From Candidatus Omnitrophota bacterium (GTDB lineage Bacteria; Omnitrophota; Omnitrophia; Omnitrophales; Aquincolibacteriaceae): a stretch of 52,621 nucleotides of DNA. Made by a program: the position numbers and the translations under genes. The DNA is taken from the NCBI GenBank assembly GCA_035352955.1, contig DAOPYQ010000012.1:1-52621 (forward strand), read 5' to 3'. Position 1 is the first letter of the stretch. Every line of letters begins with the position of its first letter. Under the pieces are notes generated by a model, which saw only the letters and a list, made by a program, of their open reading frames with translations, made no database searches and had not been told where the DNA came from. Below are positions 1-10,000 of this stretch, piece after piece.

Positions 1-1
1 G

Positions 2-139
2 CGGGTGGCCTACCCCGAAGGGGAGCCAATTCCTGTCACCCCGACTCTTATAAAACAACGAAGGTTGTCGGGGCTGCCGGCAGAACGCGCCGGCTGTCTT
101 GAAAATTTTCAGACGATTTCAAATCTATCGGGAGCATGA
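2..139 (+). CDS. Possible 3' end of an upstream gene entering from the left edge (5'-truncated), product unknown
   Basis: The frame starting at nt 2 is open from the window edge to TGA 137-139. That stop overlaps the maf ATG (136) as an ATGA junction, the coupling seen repeatedly in this window. It is only 45 codons, so it may be chance. Confidence 0.3.
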   Translation, partial: RVAYPEGEPIPVTPTLIKQRRLSGLPAERAGCLENFQTISNLSGA

Positions 140-738
140 ACGTGCCCAAACGCTGTGTTCTGATTTATCTGGCGTCCCAGTCCGCGCGCCGCCAGGAGAT
201 CCTTCGGAACATGGGGATTTCTTTTAAAGTCGTTCCCAGCACTTATCGCGAGCGCTGGTGCCGCAAGTCCTCTCCTGAAGATCTTTCCCTCCGTCATGCC
301 TTCCACAAAGCCCAAAAAGCCGTTTTGCCGGTCAGGGCTAGGTTTGTTCTCGGCGGAGATACCATTGTTTGGCACGCGAGGCACGGACTTGGGAAGCCGG
401 GGTCGCGTGCCGAAGCTATAAGGATGGTCAAACGGTTGTCGGGAAAAAAGCACGAGGTTTACACCGGGTTGGTTCTGTGGGACCGGAAGACCGGGCGCGT
501 TCTGAAGGGATGCGCTAAAACCGAGGTCTGGATGAAATCCCTGTCGGAAGCGCGGATCCGGCATTATGTCGACCGCACCCACCCGTACGATAAAGCCGGC
601 AGCTACGCGATCCAGGAAAAACCCGCGATCGTCCGTCGTATCCTGGGTTCGTATTCTAATGTCGTCGGTTTCCCAAAAGAATTGTTTCGAAAGATGCTTT
701 CCCAAATGATCTCCGGTGCCGGAGGCGACAAGAAATGA
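136..738 (+). CDS. maf: Maf-like nucleoside triphosphate pyrophosphatase (septum formation protein Maf family)
   Basis: 200-aa ORF. N-terminus LASQSARRQEIL, GGDTIV, and YDKAGSYAIQE are typical of Maf/YhdE. Confidence 0.88.
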   Translation: MNVPKRCVLIYLASQSARRQEILRNMGISFKVVPSTYRERWCRKSSPEDLSLRHAFHKAQKAVLPVRARFVLGGDTIVWHARHGLGKPGSRAEAIRMVKRLSGKKHEVYTGLVLWDRKTGRVLKGCAKTEVWMKSLSEARIRHYVDRTHPYDKAGSYAIQEKPAIVRRILGSYSNVVGFPKELFRKMLSQMISGAGGDKK

Positions 739-1553
739 GCCGCGCGATGGGGTTATGGCTGGTTCTTTGGATCTCCCTTGCCGCTTTTTTCCCGTCTCTT
801 TCGTTCGCTTCTCCGTCGCGCCAGCAAGAAGAATCCGAGGACTATAAACTGCTTCGAGAGATCATTGTGACCGAATTTGCTTCGGAGACGCCGCACGAAT
901 GGGGCAAGGTCGTTTCCGGCGTCAAAACACGGCTGAAGACGGATGCGAAGGTCATCACCCTTGGGTTTGACATCTGCGCGCCGGCGATGAAAGCTTCGGA
1001 ACTGGAACTGATCCGTTTCCTGCAGACTGAAAATATTCCCGCCACATTCTTTGTTTCCGGGGACTGGATCGATGCGAATCGGGAGTTCCTTAAAAAACTC
1101 GCGGCCAATCCTCTGTTTGAGATCGCGAACCATGGGCTCGATCAGAAACCCTGCTCGATCAATGGCAAATCGGCGGGGGGACGTGCGGGGACAGGGAGCG
1201 TGGAGGAGGTTTTTTCCGAGATCGAAAAAAACGCCCGGAAGATCGAATCCGTTACCGGCGTTTTGCCGCAGTATTATCGCGCAGGGGCGGAATATTACGA
1301 CGAGGTCGCGGTCCGCATCATCCGGGCGCTGGGCTACGAGGCGGTGGGAACCGGCCTCCGTCTTCCCGAAGGGACGGACGTGACGAAGCGGCAGGTTCTT
1401 GAAGCGTTCGCGAATCCTGCCGCGGGGGCGATCGCCGTACTTCAACCGGCAACTTTGAACAAGACCGTTTCGGAAGGCGTGATCGAGGCGGTCCGTAAGC
1501 TTAAAACCAAGGGCTACCAGTTCGTCAAACTTTCGGAATATAACCTCGAATGA
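735..1553 (+). CDS. Secreted polysaccharide deacetylase family protein (NodB-like fold)
   Basis: N-terminal signal peptide (LWLVLWISLAAFFPSLSFA). ITLGFDICAP...IPATFFVSGDWI...FEIANHG pattern resembles divergent polysaccharide deacetylases. ATGA overlap with maf. Confidence 0.7.
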   Translation: MSRAMGLWLVLWISLAAFFPSLSFASPSRQQEESEDYKLLREIIVTEFASETPHEWGKVVSGVKTRLKTDAKVITLGFDICAPAMKASELELIRFLQTENIPATFFVSGDWIDANREFLKKLAANPLFEIANHGLDQKPCSINGKSAGGRAGTGSVEEVFSEIEKNARKIESVTGVLPQYYRAGAEYYDEVAVRIIRALGYEAVGTGLRLPEGTDVTKRQVLEAFANPAAGAIAVLQPATLNKTVSEGVIEAVRKLKTKGYQFVKLSEYNLE

Positions 1554-2443
1554 CCCTGCGCGTTTCTTCCTCCGATCAATATTCCTGTATTGAACTGGCG
1601 CTGTCCGGGAAAGGCCTCGGCTCCCCGGAAAAACGAGCAGCCCGTGAATTGTTCGACCATTGCAAGGTTCCCGCGGCTGAACGTGTCTGCACCGACTACA
1701 AGGGTTTGTTCCGCTTGAGTTATTACACCCGCTCGTCTGCCCAAGCGGCACGGATCGTCCGGTGCTTCAGAGAACGCCGCATCCGCCGGGTCCGTTTCAC
1801 GGCGAAGATCCTCGGCCGGCATGATTGGTTCGACAAGTGGAAGATCGATTATCACATTCGGCCGCTCGGCTCGAAGTTTATGATCGTGCCGGTCTGGGAG
1901 CGGAAGAAGTATAAGTCTTCCGGCCGGCTCCCGATCTTCCTTGAACCCGGCAGTGCCTTTGGCTCCGGGTATCATGAGACCACGCGGCTGATGGTCCGGC
2001 TTATGGAATCACTCGGACCGAAGATGAGAAGTTTTCTGGACATAGGAACGGGGACCGGGATCCTGGCCGTGGCCGCTTCCAAACTCGGAGCGGAGAAAGT
2101 CGATGCTTTTGACAATGATAAACCTTCGGTGATCGCGGCCCGCAAGAATTTCAAAATGAACGGTTGCTCGAACGGAAAATTCTTCGGTGCGAATCTGAAA
2201 CGCTTAGGATCGCGCGAAAAATTCGAAACGGTCGGGGCTAACCTTCTTTCGAAGACGCTTTTGGAATGCCGACGACCGATCGTGGCCCGTGTCCGCGTCG
2301 GGGGACATCTGCTGGTTTCGGGGATCGCACTCCAGAATCTTCCGGGATTTCGCCGGGGATTCCATAGTCCCGCTCTGAAATGTCTCCGGATCCTCCGGGG
2401 GAGAAAATGGGCGGCTCTTCTCTACCGGAAAATCGAGAGCTGA
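1550..2443 (+). CDS. prmA: Ribosomal protein L11 methyltransferase
   Basis: PGSAFGSGYHETTRL and the SAM-binding motif LDIGTGTGILAVAA. ATGA overlap with the upstream gene. Confidence 0.85.
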   Translation: MTLRVSSSDQYSCIELALSGKGLGSPEKRAARELFDHCKVPAAERVCTDYKGLFRLSYYTRSSAQAARIVRCFRERRIRRVRFTAKILGRHDWFDKWKIDYHIRPLGSKFMIVPVWERKKYKSSGRLPIFLEPGSAFGSGYHETTRLMVRLMESLGPKMRSFLDIGTGTGILAVAASKLGAEKVDAFDNDKPSVIAARKNFKMNGCSNGKFFGANLKRLGSREKFETVGANLLSKTLLECRRPIVARVRVGGHLLVSGIALQNLPGFRRGFHSPALKCLRILRGRKWAALLYRKIES

Positions 2444-2508
2444 AGAAACAGTATTCATTTTCGGGATCCTTTTGCTACAATGACTGCGTCATTTTTCAAA
2501 GGACTCTT

Positions 2509-3909
2509 ATGGAAAACCTTAAAACTGACATTGTTGTGATCGGGGGCGGGCCAGGAGGCTACACGGCCGCCTTTTACGCCGCGGCCCGCGGCAAGCGGGT
2601 AGTGCTGATCGAAAAAGACGCCAGCCTCGGTGGGGTTTGTCTGAACCGCGGGTGTATTCCTTCCAAAGCGTTGCTTCATATTGCCGGGCTTATTCACGAG
2701 ACACGCGATGCCGAAAAATGGGGCATCGAGTACGCTTCGCCAACGCTCCATCTTTCCAGGATCCGCGAATGGAAGACCTCCGTGGTCTCCAAGTTGACCC
2801 AGGGGCTTTCCGGCCTTGCCGCGCGCCGGAATGTCCAGATCCTCCGGGGTCAAGCTGAGTTCGAAAGCTCGGGGATCCTTCGGGTGGGGGAGCAGCGGGT
2901 GGAGTTCGCCAACGCGATCATCGCGACGGGTTCGGTTCCGGCGGTCCCCGGGATCTTTGACGTGAAAGACAAACGTGTGATGACTTCCACCGAAGCGTTG
3001 GAACTCGAAGAGATCCCCCCAAGCCTTTTGATCATCGGCGGCGGTTATATTGGGATGGAGCTTGGGACGGTTTACTCGGCGCTTGGAAGCAAAGTCGTGG
3101 TCGCGGAAGCGTTGGCGGGGATATTGACCGGTGCGGATGCCGATCTGGTGCGGTTTGTCCGGGAGCGCGCGGTGAAATTTTTCAGGGAGATCCGGGTTGG
3201 CGCCAAAGTGCTGGAAATGAAACCGGAGGCGAACGGTATCCGCGTTGTGATGGAATCCGGCGGCGAAAAAAAAGAAGAACTTTTTGACCGAGTACTGGTT
3301 TCGACCGGCCGGAGGCCTGTGACGCAGGGGTTGGGGTTCGAGAGGACCAAAGTTCAGGTGAATGAAAAAGGATTTATCCAGGTCGACACGGAGCAGCGCA
3401 CGGCAGATCCCAGGATCTATGCCGTTGGGGACGTAGCTGGAGGCATGCTTCTCGCCCATAAGGCTTCCCGGGATGCCCGTGTCGCTGTCGACGCGATCCT
3501 CGAGGAAAAAGAAGGGAAGATACCGGTGATGCCTGCGGTTGTTTTTACGGATCCCGAGATCGCCTGGTGCGGGTTGACCGAAAACGAGGCCAAGGACAGG
3601 AACATGGCGGTTCAGGTCGTGAAATTTCCATGGACCGCTTCCGGCAGGGCGACGACGCTGGATCGGACGGACGGTGTCACGAAGCTTATCCTTGATCCGA
3701 AAAGCGAGAAGGTTCTCGGGGTCGGTCTCTGCGGGGCCGGGGCCGGGGAGTTGATCGGCGAGGGCGTTCTGGCCATTGAAATGGGTGCGAAGGCCAAAGA
3801 TCTTGAAAACACCGTGCATCCGCATCCGACGCTCTCGGAAACTTTGAAGGAGTGCGCGGAGATGTTTTACGGGGTTTCGGCCAGCGCCTATTCCCGGAAA
3901 CGTGGGTAG
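2509..3909 (+). CDS. lpd: Dihydrolipoyl dehydrogenase (E3 / glycine-cleavage L protein)
   Basis: FAD motif VVIGGGPGGY, redox disulfide CLNRGCIPSK, NAD motif IIGGGYIGMELG, and C-terminal HPHPTLSE. I chose ATG 2509 (MENLKTD...) rather than the track start 2380, which overlaps prmA and adds non-homologous sequence. Confidence 0.92.
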   Translation: MENLKTDIVVIGGGPGGYTAAFYAAARGKRVVLIEKDASLGGVCLNRGCIPSKALLHIAGLIHETRDAEKWGIEYASPTLHLSRIREWKTSVVSKLTQGLSGLAARRNVQILRGQAEFESSGILRVGEQRVEFANAIIATGSVPAVPGIFDVKDKRVMTSTEALELEEIPPSLLIIGGGYIGMELGTVYSALGSKVVVAEALAGILTGADADLVRFVRERAVKFFREIRVGAKVLEMKPEANGIRVVMESGGEKKEELFDRVLVSTGRRPVTQGLGFERTKVQVNEKGFIQVDTEQRTADPRIYAVGDVAGGMLLAHKASRDARVAVDAILEEKEGKIPVMPAVVFTDPEIAWCGLTENEAKDRNMAVQVVKFPWTASGRATTLDRTDGVTKLILDPKSEKVLGVGLCGAGAGELIGEGVLAIEMGAKAKDLENTVHPHPTLSETLKECAEMFYGVSASAYSRKRG

Positions 3910-3945
3910 AATTTCCGTACCAAAAACTTCCCGAAGCGCCCTTTT

Positions 3946-3983
3946 TGAGTATAATACAACCTCTTGCGTCCCGGGCTGACGCA
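3946..3983 (+). promoter_or_regulatory. Candidate -10 element (TATAAT 3950-3955) followed by a 6-bp hairpin (TGCGTC/GACGCA, 3965-3983) upstream of the giant gene
   Basis: Perfect TATAAT hexamer in the AT-rich 166-nt gap between lpd and the 2307-aa ORF. The -35 is weak. This is a motif match only. Confidence 0.25.
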
Positions 3984-4075
3984 GCTCATGCCTTGATCGT
4001 TTTCATTTATAGAGTTACCTGGTACAAAAAAAATTTAAAAAGTTACTTCACCCATTAAAGAAAGGTTAAAGAAAG

Positions 4076-7000
4076 ATGCCGTTCTCTCCGATGTCCGTCC
4101 ATCCGTTCTCTTCAACCCTCTCGAAGTTTTTTCGCACGGAACGTCACAAAGCGGTCCTTGCCGTGCTTGGGATGTTTTTGATCTCGGCGGCTACGGCTTT
4201 TGCGGCGGCGTCCTCGTTCAATGTTTTGGACGCGCGAGAACGGGGTGTGACCGTTTCGGGTTCGGCGAAAGGAAAGCTTACCGCGACCTATGACGAGGCT
4301 GCGAAGAAAGACATCCTCGAACTCGACTATGCGGTGGCGCAGGGGGAAACGGTCAGCGTTTGGGCGAAGAACTTTCCCGCGGAATTTGCAACGGCGGGCA
4401 TGAATTCTTCCAAGGTCAGTCTCCGGGGCACGGCCGAAAAAGCGGCCCAGATCACGGTGCGGATGGACCTTAAAGGGGCCACGGGCGTTCAGAATATTCC
4501 GCTCAAGGTCAAGGGCGGCTGGATCTCCACGCAAGAGGCGATCGATCTTACGAAGACCGGAGCCGTTAGTGAAGTCGTTTTTGTGGTCAGTCCTGTTGCG
4601 GGGGTTGCCTCCGTAAAAGACACCCTGGGGTTTGCTCTCGAGTTTGTAAAACAGGTGCCTGCGCAGAAGTCTGTTGTTGTCGCGCCTTCGGCCGTTGCGG
4701 CAAAAGTAAAAACGGTTGCAGCTCCTGTAGCCAAGACCGTCCAATCAGCCGTGGCGCCGGTCCAGAAGAAAGCTCTTTCCGGAATGGATGCGCTCTCTGC
4801 TGAAGATGCTTTGGAACCTTCCGCGAAAAATTTGAAAACTAAGGTGGTTGCGGCAGCTGCGGTTGTTTCCAAGCCTACCGTTGCTGTCAGTCCCGTGAAA
4901 GTTCCCGCGGCACCTGCGCGGTCGTCTTTCGGGCTTCTGGATGCCGGCGAGAAGGGTGTTTCCCCGGCAGGAACGGCCAAAGGGACCGTGACGTTCTCGT
5001 TTGATGAAGAAGCCAAAAAGGATGTCTACGATCTCGGGTACACATTGCCCGCCGGATCGTCGCTGACCGTTTGGACGAAGAAATTTCCCGCGGATCTGGT
5101 CGCAACCCAGGTGAACACGATTGCATTCGGCCTTCGCGCACTTGATCCCGCGCAATTGAACCAGATCTCCCTGAAAGCGGAGATCAAAGGGACCGGAGCC
5201 ACGCAGGTCATGCCTCTCAGTCTCAAACCGGGATGGAACGCCGTCGAGAAGACGATCCCGTGGGCGAAGATCGGCCAACTTACCGAAGTGGATCTTGTCA
5301 TCACTCCGAAAGGGAATGCCGGTTCCGTCAACGGAACCCTTTATCTCGGATTTGATTTTTGCAACACGTCTTTCCTGAAAAAATATTTGTTCCTGATGAA
5401 ATTTGGTGCCGTCGTTCTCTTCAGTTTCCTTTTGGCGTTTTTGGCCGGGTTGCTCTGGAAAATGTCCGGTTCGAACAAAGGGGCCAGCCCGGAATCCCGG
5501 GTCGGAAAGACGCTGAGCATTCTTTCTCCAGAAAAAGTTTCGGTAATGGCCCGTTTGAGGCAGGACTTTTTTTACGGAATCGTGACTGTGCTGATCGCGG
5601 GACTGACGCTCTGGATCTATGCGTCCGGCATGTCTCTCGTGGGCGCACTTGTCGCGGCATTGCTCGGAGTCGTGATCGCGGAAATGCTGAAGCTCCGTTT
5701 CGCCGGGAAGCACCTTGATGCAGGGGAAGTCTTTCAAAATGCGTTATTGACGGGGCTTTTGGCGGCGGCTTCCACGAAAATGGAACTATTGCAGGCGCCG
5801 GTCGCATGGGCCAACCTTTTAATGATCAGCGGCGTGACGGCGGCGGTCACTTTCGTGATCTATCAGCTTTTTAACGCTTCTTCGCTCGGCGCTTCCGGCA
5901 AGCACTTGAAGATGTCCACCGGCGCTTTGATCGTCGCGACGCCGTTTCTTTTCGGCTGGCTCCTGCTTCTGGAAAATGTAACGTTGCTTCAAACCTTGGT
6001 TTTTTGCCTGACGGGCGGGATTCTAGCTGCGTGGCCCGCGATTCTCGAATTCTTCGGCCGACTGCTGGTCGTATTTGCTTTCAATGAGATCCTGATCAAT
6101 GCGCTCGGCTTCGCCATGAAGGGCAAGCTTCTCAAAACCCTCAAGGCTCATGCGTATCTTCTTTTGGTGTCTTTGTGCGTGGTGGTCGCGCCCTCGATCG
6201 CCAATCTCGGCTCGGCCGCGGTGGTCGTTAGCTGGCATCCGGTGATCCGTGCGGTCATTTCCATTCTTCTGACCATGTTTTCGTTTGCCGGTCTTTGGGG
6301 AGAGATCTATCTCCTGACCGGGATTTTGCTCGATAGCGGTAAGCGTATCGCCCCGTCCGAAGAAAGCCTTTGGAAACATACGGTGGGTGGTATGCGCAAG
6401 GGTTTTGCGTTCAGCGGGATTCTGATGGCGATTCTGTATTTGATCAACCTGATCTTTAATACGTCGGTCGCGCAGCGGGTCATGGGTTCATTCCCGATCC
6501 CGACCGGGCTCTTGCTCGGAGCTTTGGTCTTTCCGTTCGTGAAGACCATTATCGAGACTTTCGACGGCAGTCTGCCGTTCTTTGAGCGCATGCGTTACAG
6601 CTACCGCCACTGGACACTTTATCTCCGTGGCGCGCTCGTGGGTTACGGGATGGCGGTCATGATCACCCAGGGATTTTTCCAAAAGACGATCTCGGAACGC
6701 GTGGTGTTCGGATTGATCATCGGCCTCTTGGCTTCCGGTGGTGTGAGTCTCATCCGCGACATTGTGTACGCGATGAAAGGTCAGGGGAAGGTCCAGTCGT
6801 GGAGGATGTATCTGATCGATTCGTGTCTCGGGGTGTTCCTCGGAAGTGCGATCGCGTTCTATCTAGATACGCCGCAGGTTTCCACGATCGTGTACAAGTT
6901 CAAACTTTATATGATGTCCCGGTTCACCGGCGCGGAGTACTCGACGCATCCTTATTTCAACAATCTCGGCCATTATGTCCAGCCGGTACTGCTCAGCAAA

Positions 7001-10000
7001 TGGGGTCAGATGGACCTCGGCTTTTGCCCGGGCGGCGTAAAGCTGCTGTTCACCGAATCTCTCGACGGCGTCATCAAGTGGTCGGTTGCGACGTGGCTTT
7101 TCGCGATCAATAAGGTGTTCATGCAGGCGTTCTTTGACAAGGACAAGACGCCGATCAAGTTTTTCTTCTCCAAGGCGGGTCTCGCGCAGCTGACCGAGCT
7201 GATGATCTATGTGCTTCGGTGGGGTCTTTGGATGTCGCCGATCATTTTCACGTTCCTCCGCATGATGCCGACCCCGACCTGGTACAACCAGGACGGCGCG
7301 ATCCGCACGATCATCGCGACCTGGAACAATATTACGATGTCCGCGCCGGCGTTCCAGGCGTGGAGCCTCAAGATCTTTGTCTGGATCCTCGCGTTCGATT
7401 TCTTCCGCGTCCTTATCTGGATGGACCACATGGGGCTTCGCGTGGCGACGCTTGTGAACCTGAGCTTCCTCGGGATGGACAAGCTTGACGAGAAGGTCGC
7501 CAAGTTCATCGGGCCGGCCGTTGCGCAGCGCTACATCCCCGAAGGGGTGAAGCGCTTCACGACATGGGCGCCGCTTTTGATTCCGTTCTACTTGCCCCGC
7601 GGCGAACAGTGGGATTATGTCTGGAATACGGCGGAAGGCATTCAGAATGCGAACCGTGGGAAAGGGTTGATCCCGGCGTTGCAATCTTTGTCCTTGTGGC
7701 AGATGACGCTTTTAGCGGTCGCGGCGGTCGTGCTTTGTACGGCGTTTTCGGCCGTGATCCGCGCGCTGCACCGTCGTGCGGAGCAGAAGCGTGTCAAAAA
7801 TTACGAGCTTGGGAACCGCGAATACAAGGTCACCCTCAAGGAAAATGGTGAAGTCTACAGCGAAGTGATCGCCAAGGAATCCGACGTGAGCCGCCGCTCG
7901 TACGATCTCATCGATCCCTGCGGCCGTATCCTTTATCTCGTAGACACCGCGGAAAAGCCCGGCAGCGCCGTGCGCACCTGGCCGGTGGCCGGGAATTTCC
8001 CGCAGGAATATTTCGAGCTTTCCCGCGCCGAACGCGGGGAGGATTCGCTGAAGCTTTTCAATACCTCGAACGGTGTGAGGACCACGATCGATATCACGCT
8101 GCCGGACCAGGACAGTACGGCCGAGATCTGGAACGTGACGATTGAGAACCTGACGGATAAGACCCGCCAGCTCAAGGTCGTTCCTTATTTGGAGTGGGTC
8201 CTGAACGGCTGGATGCACGACCGGTTCCACACGCAGTACCAGCGTCTCTATCCCGAAATGGAATACGTGAGTGCTGCGAATACGATCCTTGCCGCGAACA
8301 AGAGCACGAAGTCTATGGGATTTCTTGCCTGCGACGTTGCTCCGGAAGGTTTTCTGACCGGCCGCGTGGATTTCATCGGCCGCGCGCGCAGCATCTGGAC
8401 GCCCCGGGCCCTCGAGACGATGGACTTTCTCGAAGCCAAAGATACGCCGGGCTGTCCGACATTCGATCCTATCGGAAGCATGCTCGTTGGGATGACGGTG
8501 AATCCGCGCGAAGCCAAAACGATGCGCTTCATGATCGGCTTTGCGAAGAAAAAAGACCAGGCGCTGGGCCTTGTGAAAAAATATCTGAACCCGCAGCCGG
8601 CGAAATCCGCCGCTCCGGCGCCGGCTAAAAAGCGGTCGCTTTTGATCGGCCACGGGGAGATCCCTCCGGGAACCCCGCAGCCTTACTATGAATACAAGGA
8701 CAACGGGAACAAACTTCTGGTGCGCACGCCGTATACGCCGCGGCCTTTTGACCACGGCATGGCGAACCCGGTTCATTCGGTGATGGTTACGAACCGCGGG
8801 CTGCACACGTCCTGCAACGGAAATTCCCAGCAGAACCGCGTGACGCCGGATTGGCCGGACACGGTCACCCGGGAAGTACCCTCGGAAGCGATCTATCTTT
8901 ATGATCCGGATCGCGACCAATGGTTTTCTCCGACGCATCATCCGATTAATGATCCGAACGCCCACAACGAGGCGGAGTTCGGGGTCGACGGGACCGCGGT
9001 CTTTCGTATGTCGAACGGAACTCTTTCGACCGAGATGACGGTGTTTGTGCCGACCGAAGACCCGATGGGGGTTTATCTCCTGACCGTCCGCAACCATGAC
9101 GATCAACCGCGCCGGATCCGTGTCGCGCCGTATTTCCAGATGGCGCTCGCGTTCCAGCCGGAACGTTCGGGACCGCTCGGGACGAAGTACGACAAAGCCC
9201 TGGACGCGCTTTTCTTCGAGAATCCGCGCAATATTTTCCGTAACGGCCCGGCGTTCGCGTCGATGTCGATCCCGGCGGATTGCTATGAGACCAAGCGCGG
9301 CAGGTTTTTTGGAAGCGGCCGCGGGCCGGCCCATCCGTTCTTCGTGGAGCGGGGACAGTCGGACGCAACGCAACTGACCGATAGCGCGCAGGTCGCGGCG
9401 TTTCTCGGCGTGCTGGAACTTCCGGCGGGCGGGGAGAAGACTGTCGCGATCATTCTGGGACAGACTGACAGCCGCAAGAATGCGATCGAGCTTGTTCAGA
9501 AGTATAAAAATCTCGAGACCGTTCGCAAGACGCTCGATGAGACCCGGAAATGGTGGCTCGGGCTTATGGGTACCGCCCAGATCAAGACCAACGATCCCGA
9601 CTTCAACCGGTATCAAAACTGGCTCAAGTATCAGGCGCTGGCCGAGCGGATCTGGGCACGCCGCGGTTTCTATCAGACGAGCGGCGCGTTCGGTTTTCGC
9701 GATCAGCTGCAGGATACCGTGAACTTGACCTGGGTGGATCCGGCGCTTGCGCGTAAGCAGATTCTGTTGCACGCCTCGCAGCAGTTCATCGAGGGGGACG
9801 TGTTCCACTGGTTCTTCACGCTGACCGACGGCCGGAGCGCGTTCTCCTGCCGGTCGCACGCTTCCGACAATCTTCTTTGGATCGCGTGGGGCGTGGGCGA
9901 GTATGTCCGGATCACGGGCGATGAAACGATCCTGGATGAGATGACTTCGTATGTGGCGTCGGAGTTTCCGTTTGCGCCGCTTCCGAAGAACAAGCACGGG

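Noticed and set aside
1-60. GC-rich hairpin-like sequence at the extreme left edge (GGCCTACCCCGAAGGGGAGCC) as the end of a structured RNA
   Set aside because: Only a 4-bp stem is convincing, and I see no match to the termini of RNase P, SRP, tmRNA or 6S RNA. The region is equally well explained as the 3' end of a truncated CDS.
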